Shown: positions 25,642 to 35,147 of the stretch, piece after piece
Position numbering within the stretch: the first letter of the stretch is position 1
Layout: every line of letters begins with the position of its first letter
Virus record (IMG/VR): IMGVR_UViG_3300002835_000006
Direction: 5' to 3' (one strand)
Source of the DNA: a virus
Taxonomy: Duplodnaviria > Caudoviricetes
Length of the DNA stretch: 64,000 nt
Made by a program: the position numbers and the translations under genes
Notes under the pieces: generated by a model
Told to the model about the DNA's origin: nothing
What the model saw: only the letters and a program-made list of their open reading frames with translations
Database searches by the model: none

Positions 25642-26292
25642 AAATTTTTCTAATTTTTCTATAAAGGGTTTCACCATAGGGTGGTCTTGTATATCTGAAT
25701 ATTCCATACCCTTTGATTTCATATGTTTTATGGTGTCAATAATTCTTTGTAAACTTGAACCCACAAATTTTGATGCTTGAGGATATTGTTGTATAAATTC
25801 CGACAATTTGAATATTTTTTTTGATTCTTCAATTGGCATTTTCAAACTGAAAACTAATCTTCCTAACATATTTTTCGCATATTGGTCCGCATCTAACTCC
25901 ATCTCCCAATATTGTTGATAAATTTTCTCGAAATCTTCCAAATCGTAATCTGTTAGAGGATTGGGCATTTTTATTTCTGAAATTTGTTGTTCGTGTCTTA
26001 TTTCATGAAATAAAGTATAAAGAAAATCCCCCAAGGTAGCCATTTGACTTGGAGCACAAATTATAACTTGGTCTCTTGTTCTCACTCCTGCATATGATGG
26101 ACAAGCATTTAAAAACTTCACATTGTAATTTGATTTTTCTATAAAATTTTTAACAAAACTTCTAATCATCGGTATCCTGTCTAAATAATTTTTTGGAAAA
26201 ATAGATTTGAAATTTTCCAAAACTTTGTCAAGATTTGAAGTGGGGTTTTCTGAGTCAGACTCTCTTAAAATTTTTCTTATCAATTCACGCAT
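25636..26292 (-). CDS. hypothetical protein with HExxH motif
   Basis: LFHEIRHEQQ...ELDA; start MRELIRKILRES at 26292 after TATTTATA. Confidence 0.7.
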   Translation of the reverse strand: MRELIRKILRESDSENPTSNLDKVLENFKSIFPKNYLDRIPMIRSFVKNFIEKSNYNVKFLNACPSYAGVRTRDQVIICAPSQMATLGDFLYTLFHEIRHEQQISEIKMPNPLTDYDLEDFEKIYQQYWEMELDADQYAKNMLGRLVFSLKMPIEESKKIFKLSEFIQQYPQASKFVGSSLQRIIDTIKHMKSKGMEYSDIQDHPMVKPFIEKLEKFL

Positions 26293-26317
26293 TTCATATA
26301 AATACAAAAAAAGGGAC

Positions 26318-28327
26318 TTATCGTCCCTTTTTTGTTATTTTTATTTCTTCTTTCTCAACTTTCAAATGATAGGTTTTCCCTTCGATGAATTTTCCTGTGA
26401 GAACTTCCTCAGAAATTAAATCTTCAACTTTGTCTTGAATTGCTCTTTTCAAGGGTCTTGCTCCATACAATTCGTCATATCCTATTTTTGAAAGGTATTC
26501 AATAAGACTATCATCGTATGTGACAGTATATTTTAATTCAGAAAGCCTGTTAGAAAGTTTTTTCAATTCAATCTCCGTGATTTTTTTAATATCGTCTTTT
26601 GATAAAGAATTGAAAACAATCGTATCATCAATCCTATTCAAGAACTCAGGAGAAAAGAAATTTTTCATTTCTTTCATGAGAACCTGTTTTCTGGCTTCCT
26701 CATTTGAATAGGAATTAGAGAAACCAATCCCTGTACCGAAATCTTGTAATTTTTTGACTCCTAAGTTTGTTGTCAAAATAATCAAAGTATTTTTAAAATT
26801 GATTTTTCTACCGAGAGAATCTGTCACGTGTCCTTCATCAAGAATTTGTAACAAGATTGTGAAAACGTCTTTATGTGCTTTTTCTACCTCGTCGAAAAGG
26901 ATAACTGAGTAAGGTTTGTTTTTAACCTTTTCAGTTAGTTGTCCCCCTTCATCGTATCCGACATAACCAGGAGGGGCACCTACTAATTTGGATACAGTGT
27001 GTTTTTCTTGGTATTCACTCATGTCAACTCTGATAAGAGCTTCTTCTGAACCAAACATCTCTTTCGCAAGTTGTTTTGCCAAGTGTGTTTTACCGACGCC
27101 AGTAGAACCGAGAAAAATAAATGAACCGATTGGCCTGTTGGGGTCTTTGATACCCAAGCGGTTTCTTTTAATTGATTTAACCACTTTGATTACGGCCGAA
27201 TCTTGTCCAATAACCTTACCTGTTAGCTCCTTATCCAAGTTTATCAGAGATTTTGTATCATCAACACTCATTTTGTTTACAGGAATTTTGGTCATATTTG
27301 AAACAACATCATAAACCATGTTCAACGTGATTTCTTGTTTTTGTTTCTCCATTTCCTCATCAAATTTCTTTTTCTCCGAATCTAATTTATCCAACAACTT
27401 TTTTTCTCTATCTCGTAATTGCGCCGCTTGTTCGTAATTCTGTTTTTTTACAACATCGATTTTTTGTTGTTTGATTTCCGCAGCCTTTTTTTTGAGTTCC
27501 TCAATAACCTCGGGAATTTTCACTTCTGTTTGCATACGTGCACCAACCTCATCTAAAATGTCAAATGCTTTGTCAGGAAATTCTCGGTCTGTAATATAAC
27601 GTTCAGCAAGTTTGACACAAACCTCAATGACCTCATCAGAGTACCTGACCTTGTGATAAGATTCATATTTGGGACGAATGTTCTTCAGAATTTCTATAGT
27701 TTCAGCAACAGATGAAGCCTCAACAATAATTTTTTGGAATCGTCTTTCAAGAGCACCATCCTTTTCAATGTTTTTTCTGAACTCATCTAAAGTTGTGGCC
27801 CCAATAATTTGAATCTCACCACGTGATAAAGCGGGTTTGAAAATATTGGAACCATCCATAGAACCGGCAGAATTACCCGAACCAACCAAAGTGTGCACCT
27901 CGTCAATAAAAACTATAATGTTTGGGTTTGTCTGTAATTCTTCAATAATAACTTTCATCCTCTCTTCAAATTGTCCTCTATATTTTGTTCCCGCCACAAC
28001 AGAGGTCAGGTCTAAGTTTACAATTCTTTTATCAATAAGATTTTTGGGACATTCACCGCTTACAATTTTCATTGCTAAACCCTCTACAATTGCGGTTTTA
28101 CCACATCCCGGTTCTCCTAAGATAATTGGATTGTTTTTCTTGCGTCTTGATAGGATTTGTGCAATCCTCAAAATTTCTCGGTCTCTACCAATTACAGGGT
28201 CTAATTTACCTTCGGACGCAAGTTTATTTAAATCTCTACTGAAGTTGTCCAAAACAGGAGTAGAACTGTCGGAAGTCTTTTGCTTCCTACTTGTTTTCAT
28301 GTCGTCATCATCCATTAGTTCATTCAT
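26318..28327 (-). CDS. clpC: ClpC-type AAA+ unfoldase lacking the N-terminal domain
   Basis: Walker A GEPGCGKT and GSTGVGKT; UVR coiled coil QNYEQAAQLRD; IGF loop GIGFS; GARPLKR. Confidence 0.93.
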   Translation of the reverse strand: MNELMDDDDMKTSRKQKTSDSSTPVLDNFSRDLNKLASEGKLDPVIGRDREILRIAQILSRRKKNNPIILGEPGCGKTAIVEGLAMKIVSGECPKNLIDKRIVNLDLTSVVAGTKYRGQFEERMKVIIEELQTNPNIIVFIDEVHTLVGSGNSAGSMDGSNIFKPALSRGEIQIIGATTLDEFRKNIEKDGALERRFQKIIVEASSVAETIEILKNIRPKYESYHKVRYSDEVIEVCVKLAERYITDREFPDKAFDILDEVGARMQTEVKIPEVIEELKKKAAEIKQQKIDVVKKQNYEQAAQLRDREKKLLDKLDSEKKKFDEEMEKQKQEITLNMVYDVVSNMTKIPVNKMSVDDTKSLINLDKELTGKVIGQDSAVIKVVKSIKRNRLGIKDPNRPIGSFIFLGSTGVGKTHLAKQLAKEMFGSEEALIRVDMSEYQEKHTVSKLVGAPPGYVGYDEGGQLTEKVKNKPYSVILFDEVEKAHKDVFTILLQILDEGHVTDSLGRKINFKNTLIILTTNLGVKKLQDFGTGIGFSNSYSNEEARKQVLMKEMKNFFSPEFLNRIDDTIVFNSLSKDDIKKITEIELKKLSNRLSELKYTVTYDDSLIEYLSKIGYDELYGARPLKRAIQDKVEDLISEEVLTGKFIEGKTYHLKVEKEEIKITKKGR

Positions 28328-28492
28328 GGTATATAATTTTTACAAAGATGTATCAAAAAATGTACACAAACAAATAATTTGTAATATTGTCATAATAAAT
28401 TTTTTTTTCATGACAATCTGTCATTTATTTAGTTTCGGCACACAACTTGACTCTAATTATATAAATAATAAACCTCAAAAACAAAAAAAACT

Positions 28493-28888
28493 ATGATTTT
28501 ATCTAACAACGAATTGAACAGAATTTTCGACGACATTTTCAATGGGACGTCCAAACCTTATTTCAAAACCTCAGTAATTTCAAAAAATCCTGATGAGGAG
28601 AATTATGAAATAAATCAAACAAAAGATGGTGCATATCTTTTCTTTGAGGTTCCTGGTTTTAATAAATCAAATCTCAAAGTAGAAATGGAAGACGGAATTC
28701 TAATCATTCAAGGAAAAAGAATTTATAAATTGAATGGTGAAGAAAAAACAAAATCTGTATCAAAAGAATTCAAAATTGGAAAGGAATATAATTCATCTGA
28801 GATTGAGGCAACAATAGAAGATGGTCTACTAACGGTATTCGTACCTAATTACAAAAAACAAGAAAAAAAGAGAATCAATCTCCTGTGA
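28493..28888 (+). CDS. small heat-shock protein Hsp20
   Basis: EVPGFNKSNL.V.....L.I.G; IEATIEDGLLTV.VP; C-terminal I-x-L. Confidence 0.9.
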   Translation: MILSNNELNRIFDDIFNGTSKPYFKTSVISKNPDEENYEINQTKDGAYLFFEVPGFNKSNLKVEMEDGILIIQGKRIYKLNGEEKTKSVSKEFKIGKEYNSSEIEATIEDGLLTVFVPNYKKQEKKRINLL

Positions 28889-28904
28889 TAAAAAAACCCT
28901 CAAC

Positions 28905-29456
28905 TTAGTTGGGGGTTTTTTCACACCAATCTATTATAAGATGAACTCTATCTTCATCACCATCATTCACCACAGAATGTGATAATTTATCATTATTCAT
29001 TTCCCAAATTTCACCGACTTTCATATTGATGGATTCTTCACCTACATTGAAAATACATTTTTCATTTGTAATTATTGGTATGTGTATCCTTTTAGAAAAT
29101 TTAAAAGTATTGTTTGCACTGTCAACGTGGGTTGGTATAATACTTTTTTTGTATAGTTTGACTAAAATAGCTCTGAGTAAATAACCTGAACCGCCGGTTT
29201 GTTTTTTTATAATTTCACAAATATTATTTAAATCCTCTTCGAAGAAGGTATAGTTTTTAGTAAACACTGGATTAAAGTTGGTAGAAAAAAAATCATTGTC
29301 ATAAACTATTTTAATTGTTTGTGTATTGACCATATCAGTACACGCTTTTTGTCTCAAGGTAAATTCGTTCCAATCTACTTTTTCACTATTTAATATCGTC
29401 AGAATATTCGATATGTCATAATGTCCATAATATTTGAAAGATTCATTTACATTCAT
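28905..29456 (-). CDS. 2OG-Fe(II) oxygenase (aspartyl/asparaginyl beta-hydroxylase-like)
   Basis: IPTHVD, RIHIPIITN, HSVVN.G...RVHLIID. Confidence 0.85.
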   Translation of the reverse strand: MNVNESFKYYGHYDISNILTILNSEKVDWNEFTLRQKACTDMVNTQTIKIVYDNDFFSTNFNPVFTKNYTFFEEDLNNICEIIKKQTGGSGYLLRAILVKLYKKSIIPTHVDSANNTFKFSKRIHIPIITNEKCIFNVGEESINMKVGEIWEMNNDKLSHSVVNDGDEDRVHLIIDWCEKTPN

Positions 29457-29494
29457 ACTTATAATTATAATTCTTTAGTTAAAATAAATTTATT

Positions 29495-29737
29495 ATGTCA
29501 GTGATTAGAGAAACTATAGAAGGTTCAAAAATTATAAATGAAATTAAATCATCGAATCTCAAGAGGACAGAATATGATGTTGAAACAAAAATGATGATTG
29601 TTGAATTCAACAATGGTTCTAAATACCAATATGAGGACGTACCCCATCAAATTTATACAAGATTCAGAATGTCGGAGTCACAAGGAAAATTTTTTTCAAC
29701 TGATATTTCAAAAAAATACAAATTCAAAAAACTATAA
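29495..29737 (+). CDS. KTSC domain protein
   Basis: SSNL....YD....M.VEF.NG..Y.Y.DVP...Y......S.GKFF. Confidence 0.88.
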   Translation: MSVIRETIEGSKIINEIKSSNLKRTEYDVETKMMIVEFNNGSKYQYEDVPHQIYTRFRMSESQGKFFSTDISKKYKFKKL

Positions 29738-29758
29738 TTTTCGTGGTATTTATTGTGA

Positions 29759-31732
29759 ATGAAGAAGTTTCAAAAAATTTTAGATAGTTTTTCTTTGCAA
29801 GAAAATTTGAATCCCAAGGTTTGGGATAACTACGAGGATATTGATAAGGCAACTCTAAAATCTGAAGTAAGAAAAAAATTACTTGAGATTGCTGAGGAAT
29901 TTTCTGATGATTTAGGGGACGATGTCTTTATCGAAGATATTGTCTTGATGGGTTCTTTAGCAAATTACAACTGGTCAGAATTTTCGGACTTCGATTTACA
30001 CTTGCTTGTTGATTTCGGAAAATATGGTGAAGATGAGGAATTGTATAGAGAAATTTTCGAGTTAAAAAAGAAAGAGTTTAATAATAAATATGATATCACC
30101 ATTTATGGTTACGATGTTGAGGTTTATGCACAAGGTGCGGATGATGAACATTCCAGCAGTGCTGTTTATTCCATAATGAATGATGAATGGATTCAAAAAC
30201 CAGTCAAGGAAAATGCGGAAATAGATTTTGATTTTTTAAAAAAGAAAGTGAAATCTTGGATTTCAAAAATTGATGATACAATAGAAACCGAGGATATCGA
30301 TAAGATGAAATCTCTCAAAGAAAAAATAAAAAAATATCGTAAATCGGGATTAGAAAAAGAAGGAGAGTTTTCCTATGAAAATTTAGTTTTCAAATTTTTG
30401 AGAAGGTCGGAAATGATTGGAAAACTTTTTGAGGCAATAACAAAGGCTAAAGATAAAAAACTTTCAATCGAATCAAAAATCACTGAACAAAGTGATAGAT
30501 TATTTGGTTCCGCAAGTGTTAAAATACCCGCAGATGGTGCTCATGCGGGTCAAAGTGGATGGGCTAGTGGTAACGCTTGGGATATTAAAGCACCTATCGG
30601 AGAACCGGTTTATGCAATTGCGGATGGAACTGTTAAAACCTTCAAAGACTACGGACCTAAGGTAAGGAAAACTCAAGGGAAAAAACTTTTTGGTATAGGA
30701 TTCACTGTGAAGAGTGATAATTCATTACCCGATGTATATTATACTCATCTACAGAATGCTCAAGTACAAAAGGGTTCCAAAGTAAAATGTGGACAATTGT
30801 TAGGATATGTGATGGATTTTCCTGGAAGTTCCTATGACCACCTGCACATTGGAGTTGAGTATGGACACAATATAAGAGAATTTTTGAATGACGATGGTAC
30901 TCTAAAATGTGCCAAAGGGGAAATTGAAGTTACCCCTAAATCAAAACAAAAAAAACAATCTAATAAAGACCAACAGATGGTTTGGAATACTTTATCAGAT
31001 TCTGTTTTCTTGAAAAAGATTATGTCCTACGTGAAGGACGGTTTGTATTTTGAATATACTCCAGGACAAAAGATACCATATGAACAACCCGTAGAAGTGA
31101 TACAATCAGGTTTACAATTTTTTGGGTTTTCTTTACCAAGATATGGTGTTGATGGTAAATTCGGACCTGAAACCCAAGGAGCTGTTAAAGATTTTCAATC
31201 AAGTGTTGGGTTACCACAAACAGGAATTTTTGGAGTAGAAGATTCCAAATACCTTTTGGCTATGTTGATACAGAAAGGTTTTACTGATTCTGATTTGAGA
31301 GGTCTTCAATATGATAGGGATTTCGGATTAGAGTCAAAAAATGACCAAGATTTTTATCAAACTTTACTTACCAAACTAGGTGCACCTGTAACAAATGAAA
31401 ATATGAAGTTTTTATTGGCTTGGAGACAAGCTGAGGGTAAGGCAGGTAATTTTAATCCATTCAATACAACTCACAAACTCGAAAACTCAACCGATTTTAA
31501 CTCTGCGGGGGTCCAAAATTATCAGACATTAGATGATGGTATGTACGCAACACTAAGAACCCTAACCAATGGGAGATATAATTGTATCGTAAACGGTTTA
31601 ATAAATGATATAGGTGCTGCTGAAATAGCTAAATGTGCTTCTCTAGAAACTTGGGGAACGGGAGACTTAGTTGGTAAAGTAATCAGTGGTTATGAGAATG
31701 GAGCATCAATTAAAAGCCCAAGTCTCAGATAA
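29759..31732 (+). CDS. multidomain protein: nucleotidyltransferase-like + M23 peptidase + peptidoglycan-binding + lysozyme-like
   Basis: GSLANYNW...SDFDLH; HAGQ..WDI, YYTHL, HLHIG; GVDGKFGPETQGAVKDFQ; AWRQAEG..NFNPFNT. Confidence 0.8.
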   Translation: MKKFQKILDSFSLQENLNPKVWDNYEDIDKATLKSEVRKKLLEIAEEFSDDLGDDVFIEDIVLMGSLANYNWSEFSDFDLHLLVDFGKYGEDEELYREIFELKKKEFNNKYDITIYGYDVEVYAQGADDEHSSSAVYSIMNDEWIQKPVKENAEIDFDFLKKKVKSWISKIDDTIETEDIDKMKSLKEKIKKYRKSGLEKEGEFSYENLVFKFLRRSEMIGKLFEAITKAKDKKLSIESKITEQSDRLFGSASVKIPADGAHAGQSGWASGNAWDIKAPIGEPVYAIADGTVKTFKDYGPKVRKTQGKKLFGIGFTVKSDNSLPDVYYTHLQNAQVQKGSKVKCGQLLGYVMDFPGSSYDHLHIGVEYGHNIREFLNDDGTLKCAKGEIEVTPKSKQKKQSNKDQQMVWNTLSDSVFLKKIMSYVKDGLYFEYTPGQKIPYEQPVEVIQSGLQFFGFSLPRYGVDGKFGPETQGAVKDFQSSVGLPQTGIFGVEDSKYLLAMLIQKGFTDSDLRGLQYDRDFGLESKNDQDFYQTLLTKLGAPVTNENMKFLLAWRQAEGKAGNFNPFNTTHKLENSTDFNSAGVQNYQTLDDGMYATLRTLTNGRYNCIVNGLINDIGAAEIAKCASLETWGTGDLVGKVISGYENGASIKSPSLR

Positions 31733-31776
31733 TTAGATTATTTCTCAAAACTACTATATTTATAAAGAAAAATTAG

Positions 31777-32616
31777 ATGGCTTTATTAACATACCAAATA
31801 GCACCTTGTTTTGGCGGAACAACAATATTAGTTGATTTTGATAGTAGTAATTTACCTGCTGTAAATGGTTGTTATTTTTTGAGGTTCACGGGTGCAACTC
31901 AAGAGGGATGTTATGAGATAATTGATTATGCAGAACCAGCCACAGGAACTGATACTGTAAACTTCATGTCTATCAATCATGTTGATTGTGGGACTTGTTT
32001 AGCCATTGTTACACCTACCCCGACCCCATCAGTGACACAGACTAAAACCCCAACACCAACACCTACTCAAACCGACACCCCAAATGTGACCTCAACACCT
32101 ACAGGGACTCCAAGTGTCACACCGACAACAACAAAAACTCCAACACCATCGGTGACAACAACGAATACTCCAACAAAAACTAATACACCTACACCTTCAA
32201 TTACAGCCAGTAATACACCCACACCTTCAATTACTGCTAGCAACACACCCACACCCACACAAACAGGTACACCTGCTGCTACTCCAACACAAACTGGAAC
32301 TTCAGCGGTTACTCCAACACCAACACCAACTGTAACCAAAACTAATACTCCAACGCCTACACAAACAGGTACCCCTCCAGCGACACCAACCCAAACACCA
32401 ACACCCACCCAAACTCCATTTTATAGTGGTATATCAGTAAACCAAAACTATGAATATACTGCGGAAATGCTTGGTTCATTTAGTGGGGGAACATTACCAC
32501 CTGGTACACTAGTACCACATCCAGGATATGCTGCGGATTTACCTAATGGTAACACAATTCAGGTAATACAGCTAAATGCCATAACATTAGGAGGATTTGA
32601 CGGACTCAACAATTAA
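31777..32616 (+). CDS. Thr/Pro-rich (PT-repeat) putative virion protein
   Basis: About 140 aa of TPTPT/PS repeats between two globular domains; TATTTATA at 31757. Confidence 0.8.
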   Translation: MALLTYQIAPCFGGTTILVDFDSSNLPAVNGCYFLRFTGATQEGCYEIIDYAEPATGTDTVNFMSINHVDCGTCLAIVTPTPTPSVTQTKTPTPTPTQTDTPNVTSTPTGTPSVTPTTTKTPTPSVTTTNTPTKTNTPTPSITASNTPTPSITASNTPTPTQTGTPAATPTQTGTSAVTPTPTPTVTKTNTPTPTQTGTPPATPTQTPTPTQTPFYSGISVNQNYEYTAEMLGSFSGGTLPPGTLVPHPGYAADLPNGNTIQVIQLNAITLGGFDGLNN

Positions 32617-32639
32617 AACTTTTAAAAAACAATATAAAA

Positions 32640-33923
32640 ATGGGAGACTTAAAACCAATAGGGAGTGAAAAACTCACAGGTCAAGACAAAATCAAAAGAA
32701 TTCTTGAAATTGCAAAGTACAACGAAACAATTCCAAGTTCCGTGAATGAAAATGCAAAATCAGTATATTCAATAAATTTAGCTGACGGTAATGACTATCA
32801 GATTGTAAAAGAAAAACAAGGATACATTATCAAGAAAGTAGTTTCTGAATCTCAGTTAGATTACATTGAGCCTATGAAAAACAGAAAATATTTTTCCTCA
32901 TATTCCCAAGCATTCAAAAGATTAAATCTATTGGCAGGTGAACTGAATAGATTAAATGAGAATGAGAATGGGGTTGAATTATATGGAGAACAAAAGAAAT
33001 TTGTTTTGAAAACTCCTAAACCTGAGCCTGAGGCAGTAGAACCTCCGGCACCACCTGCAGAACCACCAGCAGTTCCGCAACCAGAATTACCTGATTCACC
33101 TGTCGGAGGTGAAGAGGAGGTTGACATGAGTGCTGAGGAAATGCCTGATGGTGAAATTGATTTAGGTGCTAGTATGGATGATTTAGAATTGGATGGTGGT
33201 GAATCTGCTCCTGAGGGAGAACCTGAAATGGATGACGCTATGGGTGATGAATCGGCTGCGTCAGAAGAGATGGTGACATTTAAGACCATTCAAAAGTTGA
33301 CAGGTAAACTTACACAAAAAATTAGAGAGTTTGATGCTCAAGACGGAATGACTTCAGAAGATATCAAATATGTGATAAATATGGTTCTTTCTGCTTTGGA
33401 TTTGAAAAATCTATCTGAAGAAGATAAAGAAGATATCATGTCAAAATTTGAAGAAGCTGAGGAGAGACCTGAAGGAGATATGGATATGTCTGACAATGAA
33501 TTGTCAATGGATGATGAAGATATTAGTTCTGATTCAGAGGTTGAGGACATTCAAGCTGATATGGATGAACCAAAATCTGAAATGGGAGAAATGAATGTTG
33601 GAAATGGTTCAATACTTGACAGTATCTTCAAAGAATCAAAAGTAGATAAAGTTTTATCGAAATATTTTGAAATTACAAAGAAGGAAATCTTGGAATCAAG
33701 AGAAAAAAAAGAAAGAAAAAGTAAAATACAAGAAGTTACTTTAAGAAAAAAAATGACTGAAGTAGTGAAACTTTCTGAGTCTGTCAAACAAGAATTAGTT
33801 TCAGAAAAATTTTTGAGAGCAAACCCTTCTTTTAACGTTGTAGGTAAAACTAATAAAAAAAATATAGTTTTCGAGAATAACCAAAAACAAATTAAAATAT
33901 CCCCAGAGGGAGAAATTTTATGA
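32640..33923 (+). CDS. acidic late/head-assembly protein
   Basis: D/E-rich ORF in the head morphogenesis operon. Confidence 0.7.
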   Translation: MGDLKPIGSEKLTGQDKIKRILEIAKYNETIPSSVNENAKSVYSINLADGNDYQIVKEKQGYIIKKVVSESQLDYIEPMKNRKYFSSYSQAFKRLNLLAGELNRLNENENGVELYGEQKKFVLKTPKPEPEAVEPPAPPAEPPAVPQPELPDSPVGGEEEVDMSAEEMPDGEIDLGASMDDLELDGGESAPEGEPEMDDAMGDESAASEEMVTFKTIQKLTGKLTQKIREFDAQDGMTSEDIKYVINMVLSALDLKNLSEEDKEDIMSKFEEAEERPEGDMDMSDNELSMDDEDISSDSEVEDIQADMDEPKSEMGEMNVGNGSILDSIFKESKVDKVLSKYFEITKKEILESREKKERKSKIQEVTLRKKMTEVVKLSESVKQELVSEKFLRANPSFNVVGKTNKKNIVFENNQKQIKISPEGEIL

Positions 33924-34321
33924 GTAAATTGGTTTTCGTAAATGGTTTAGGACCCAATTATAAAGGGGATAACATTTACGAATTCATATTTTCGGACGAA
34001 AATTTGGAAGACGTTTGGGGAGAAAATTGGGAATCAAAACCAAGTAATGGTTATCCATTACCTCCCGAGTTGAAATATATAAAAAAGGTAGGAGTTTTGA
34101 GAAATACTGATGTTAAATTGGAATTGATTCAGAACTCCGATTTTTTTTGTATGATAGATGCCTTGGATGATGTAGTTGCGATGGCATGGGAACCTGAGGA
34201 AGTAAGAGGTCAGAAGAGAATGGTGTTCAGGTTTGGAGAGTCAGAGCAAGTTATAAAAGATAAATTATACGAAAGAGATTTGATTCTCGAATTTGAAAAG
34301 AAAGTTGTATATGAAAATTAA
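33920..34321 (+). CDS. hypothetical protein
   Basis: ATGA-coupled to the upstream gene. Confidence 0.75.
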   Translation: MSKLVFVNGLGPNYKGDNIYEFIFSDENLEDVWGENWESKPSNGYPLPPELKYIKKVGVLRNTDVKLELIQNSDFFCMIDALDDVVAMAWEPEEVRGQKRMVFRFGESEQVIKDKLYERDLILEFEKKVVYEN

Positions 34322-35147
34322 AATTAAAGCATTAGAACTAATCGAGAAAGGAATTCCTTCCAAAACCGTTCTAAAGTTGAGCGAATCGGAAATAAATTTG
34401 TTACACTCAAAGTTGTTGGGAGAACAAACCAAAGCCGCTATGGTGCAAATTAAAAGTACCACTCCGAACGCAATACAAACCGTGAAAAATTTGACAACAC
34501 AAGGTGTTCCTGTTCAGATGATAGAGAAGGAGTTAGAGGAGGAGGAAGAAGTTACGATGGACCCTAACCAAAAGAAACAAACTCAAGACCCTGAGCAAGA
34601 AGGACCTAGTTCTAATGATGGTTTTGGTCCTGACAAAACAGAAGACCCTTCTATGAATGATGATGGTATGTATAATTTCGAATCTATTGAAGAATCTAAA
34701 AAGAAAAAAGAAAAAAACCCGTGGGCGATATGCACTGCAAAAATGGGTGAAGAATTCGGAACTTCAGAAAGAAGTGAATGGACTAAGAAACAAAAAGCTA
34801 AATATGAAAGTTGTGTCATGGGAGTAAAAAAATCTTTGGAAGAGAGTAAAAAAAATGTATCTTTGTTTTTGGAAACTGAAATTCAAAAAATTGTAGAAAG
34901 ACATCTTTCTCCAAAAATAACAAAAAGAGAACTCATGAAATATTTGGGAGAGTCAGAACCTGCTGTAGCACCTACGAAACCGGCTACACCTACGAAACCG
35001 GCTACACCTACGAAACCAAAACCTAGACCAATGAGACCTGGACAAAATCCAAATCCGGGCGAAAAAGAGGCACCAATGGCCGTGGAACCTGAAAAGGCTA
35101 AAAAGAAAGTGATTTCTACAATAATGAAAATGTTGAGAAAAAAATGA
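34311..35147 (+). CDS. hypothetical late protein
   Basis: Start MKIKIK at 34311; contains PTKPAT repeat. Confidence 0.75.
   Translation: MKIKIKALELIEKGIPSKTVLKLSESEINLLHSKLLGEQTKAAMVQIKSTTPNAIQTVKNLTTQGVPVQMIEKELEEEEEVTMDPNQKKQTQDPEQEGPSSNDGFGPDKTEDPSMNDDGMYNFESIEESKKKKEKNPWAICTAKMGEEFGTSERSEWTKKQKAKYESCVMGVKKSLEESKKNVSLFLETEIQKIVERHLSPKITKRELMKYLGESEPAVAPTKPATPTKPATPTKPKPRPMRPGQNPNPGEKEAPMAVEPEKAKKKVISTIMKMLRKK
34971..35017 (+). repeat. 18-bp coding tandem repeat (about 2.6 copies)
   Basis: cctacgaaaccggctaca x2 plus cctacgaaacc. Confidence 0.9.

Noticed and set aside
26520-28496. Plus-strand ORFs antisense to clpC (e.g. 27837-28496, 26988-27314)
   Set aside because: Antisense shadows of a conserved gene, produced by its codon bias.
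32067-32408. Val/Gly-rich minus-strand ORF
   Set aside because: Reverse complement of the Thr/Pro repeat.
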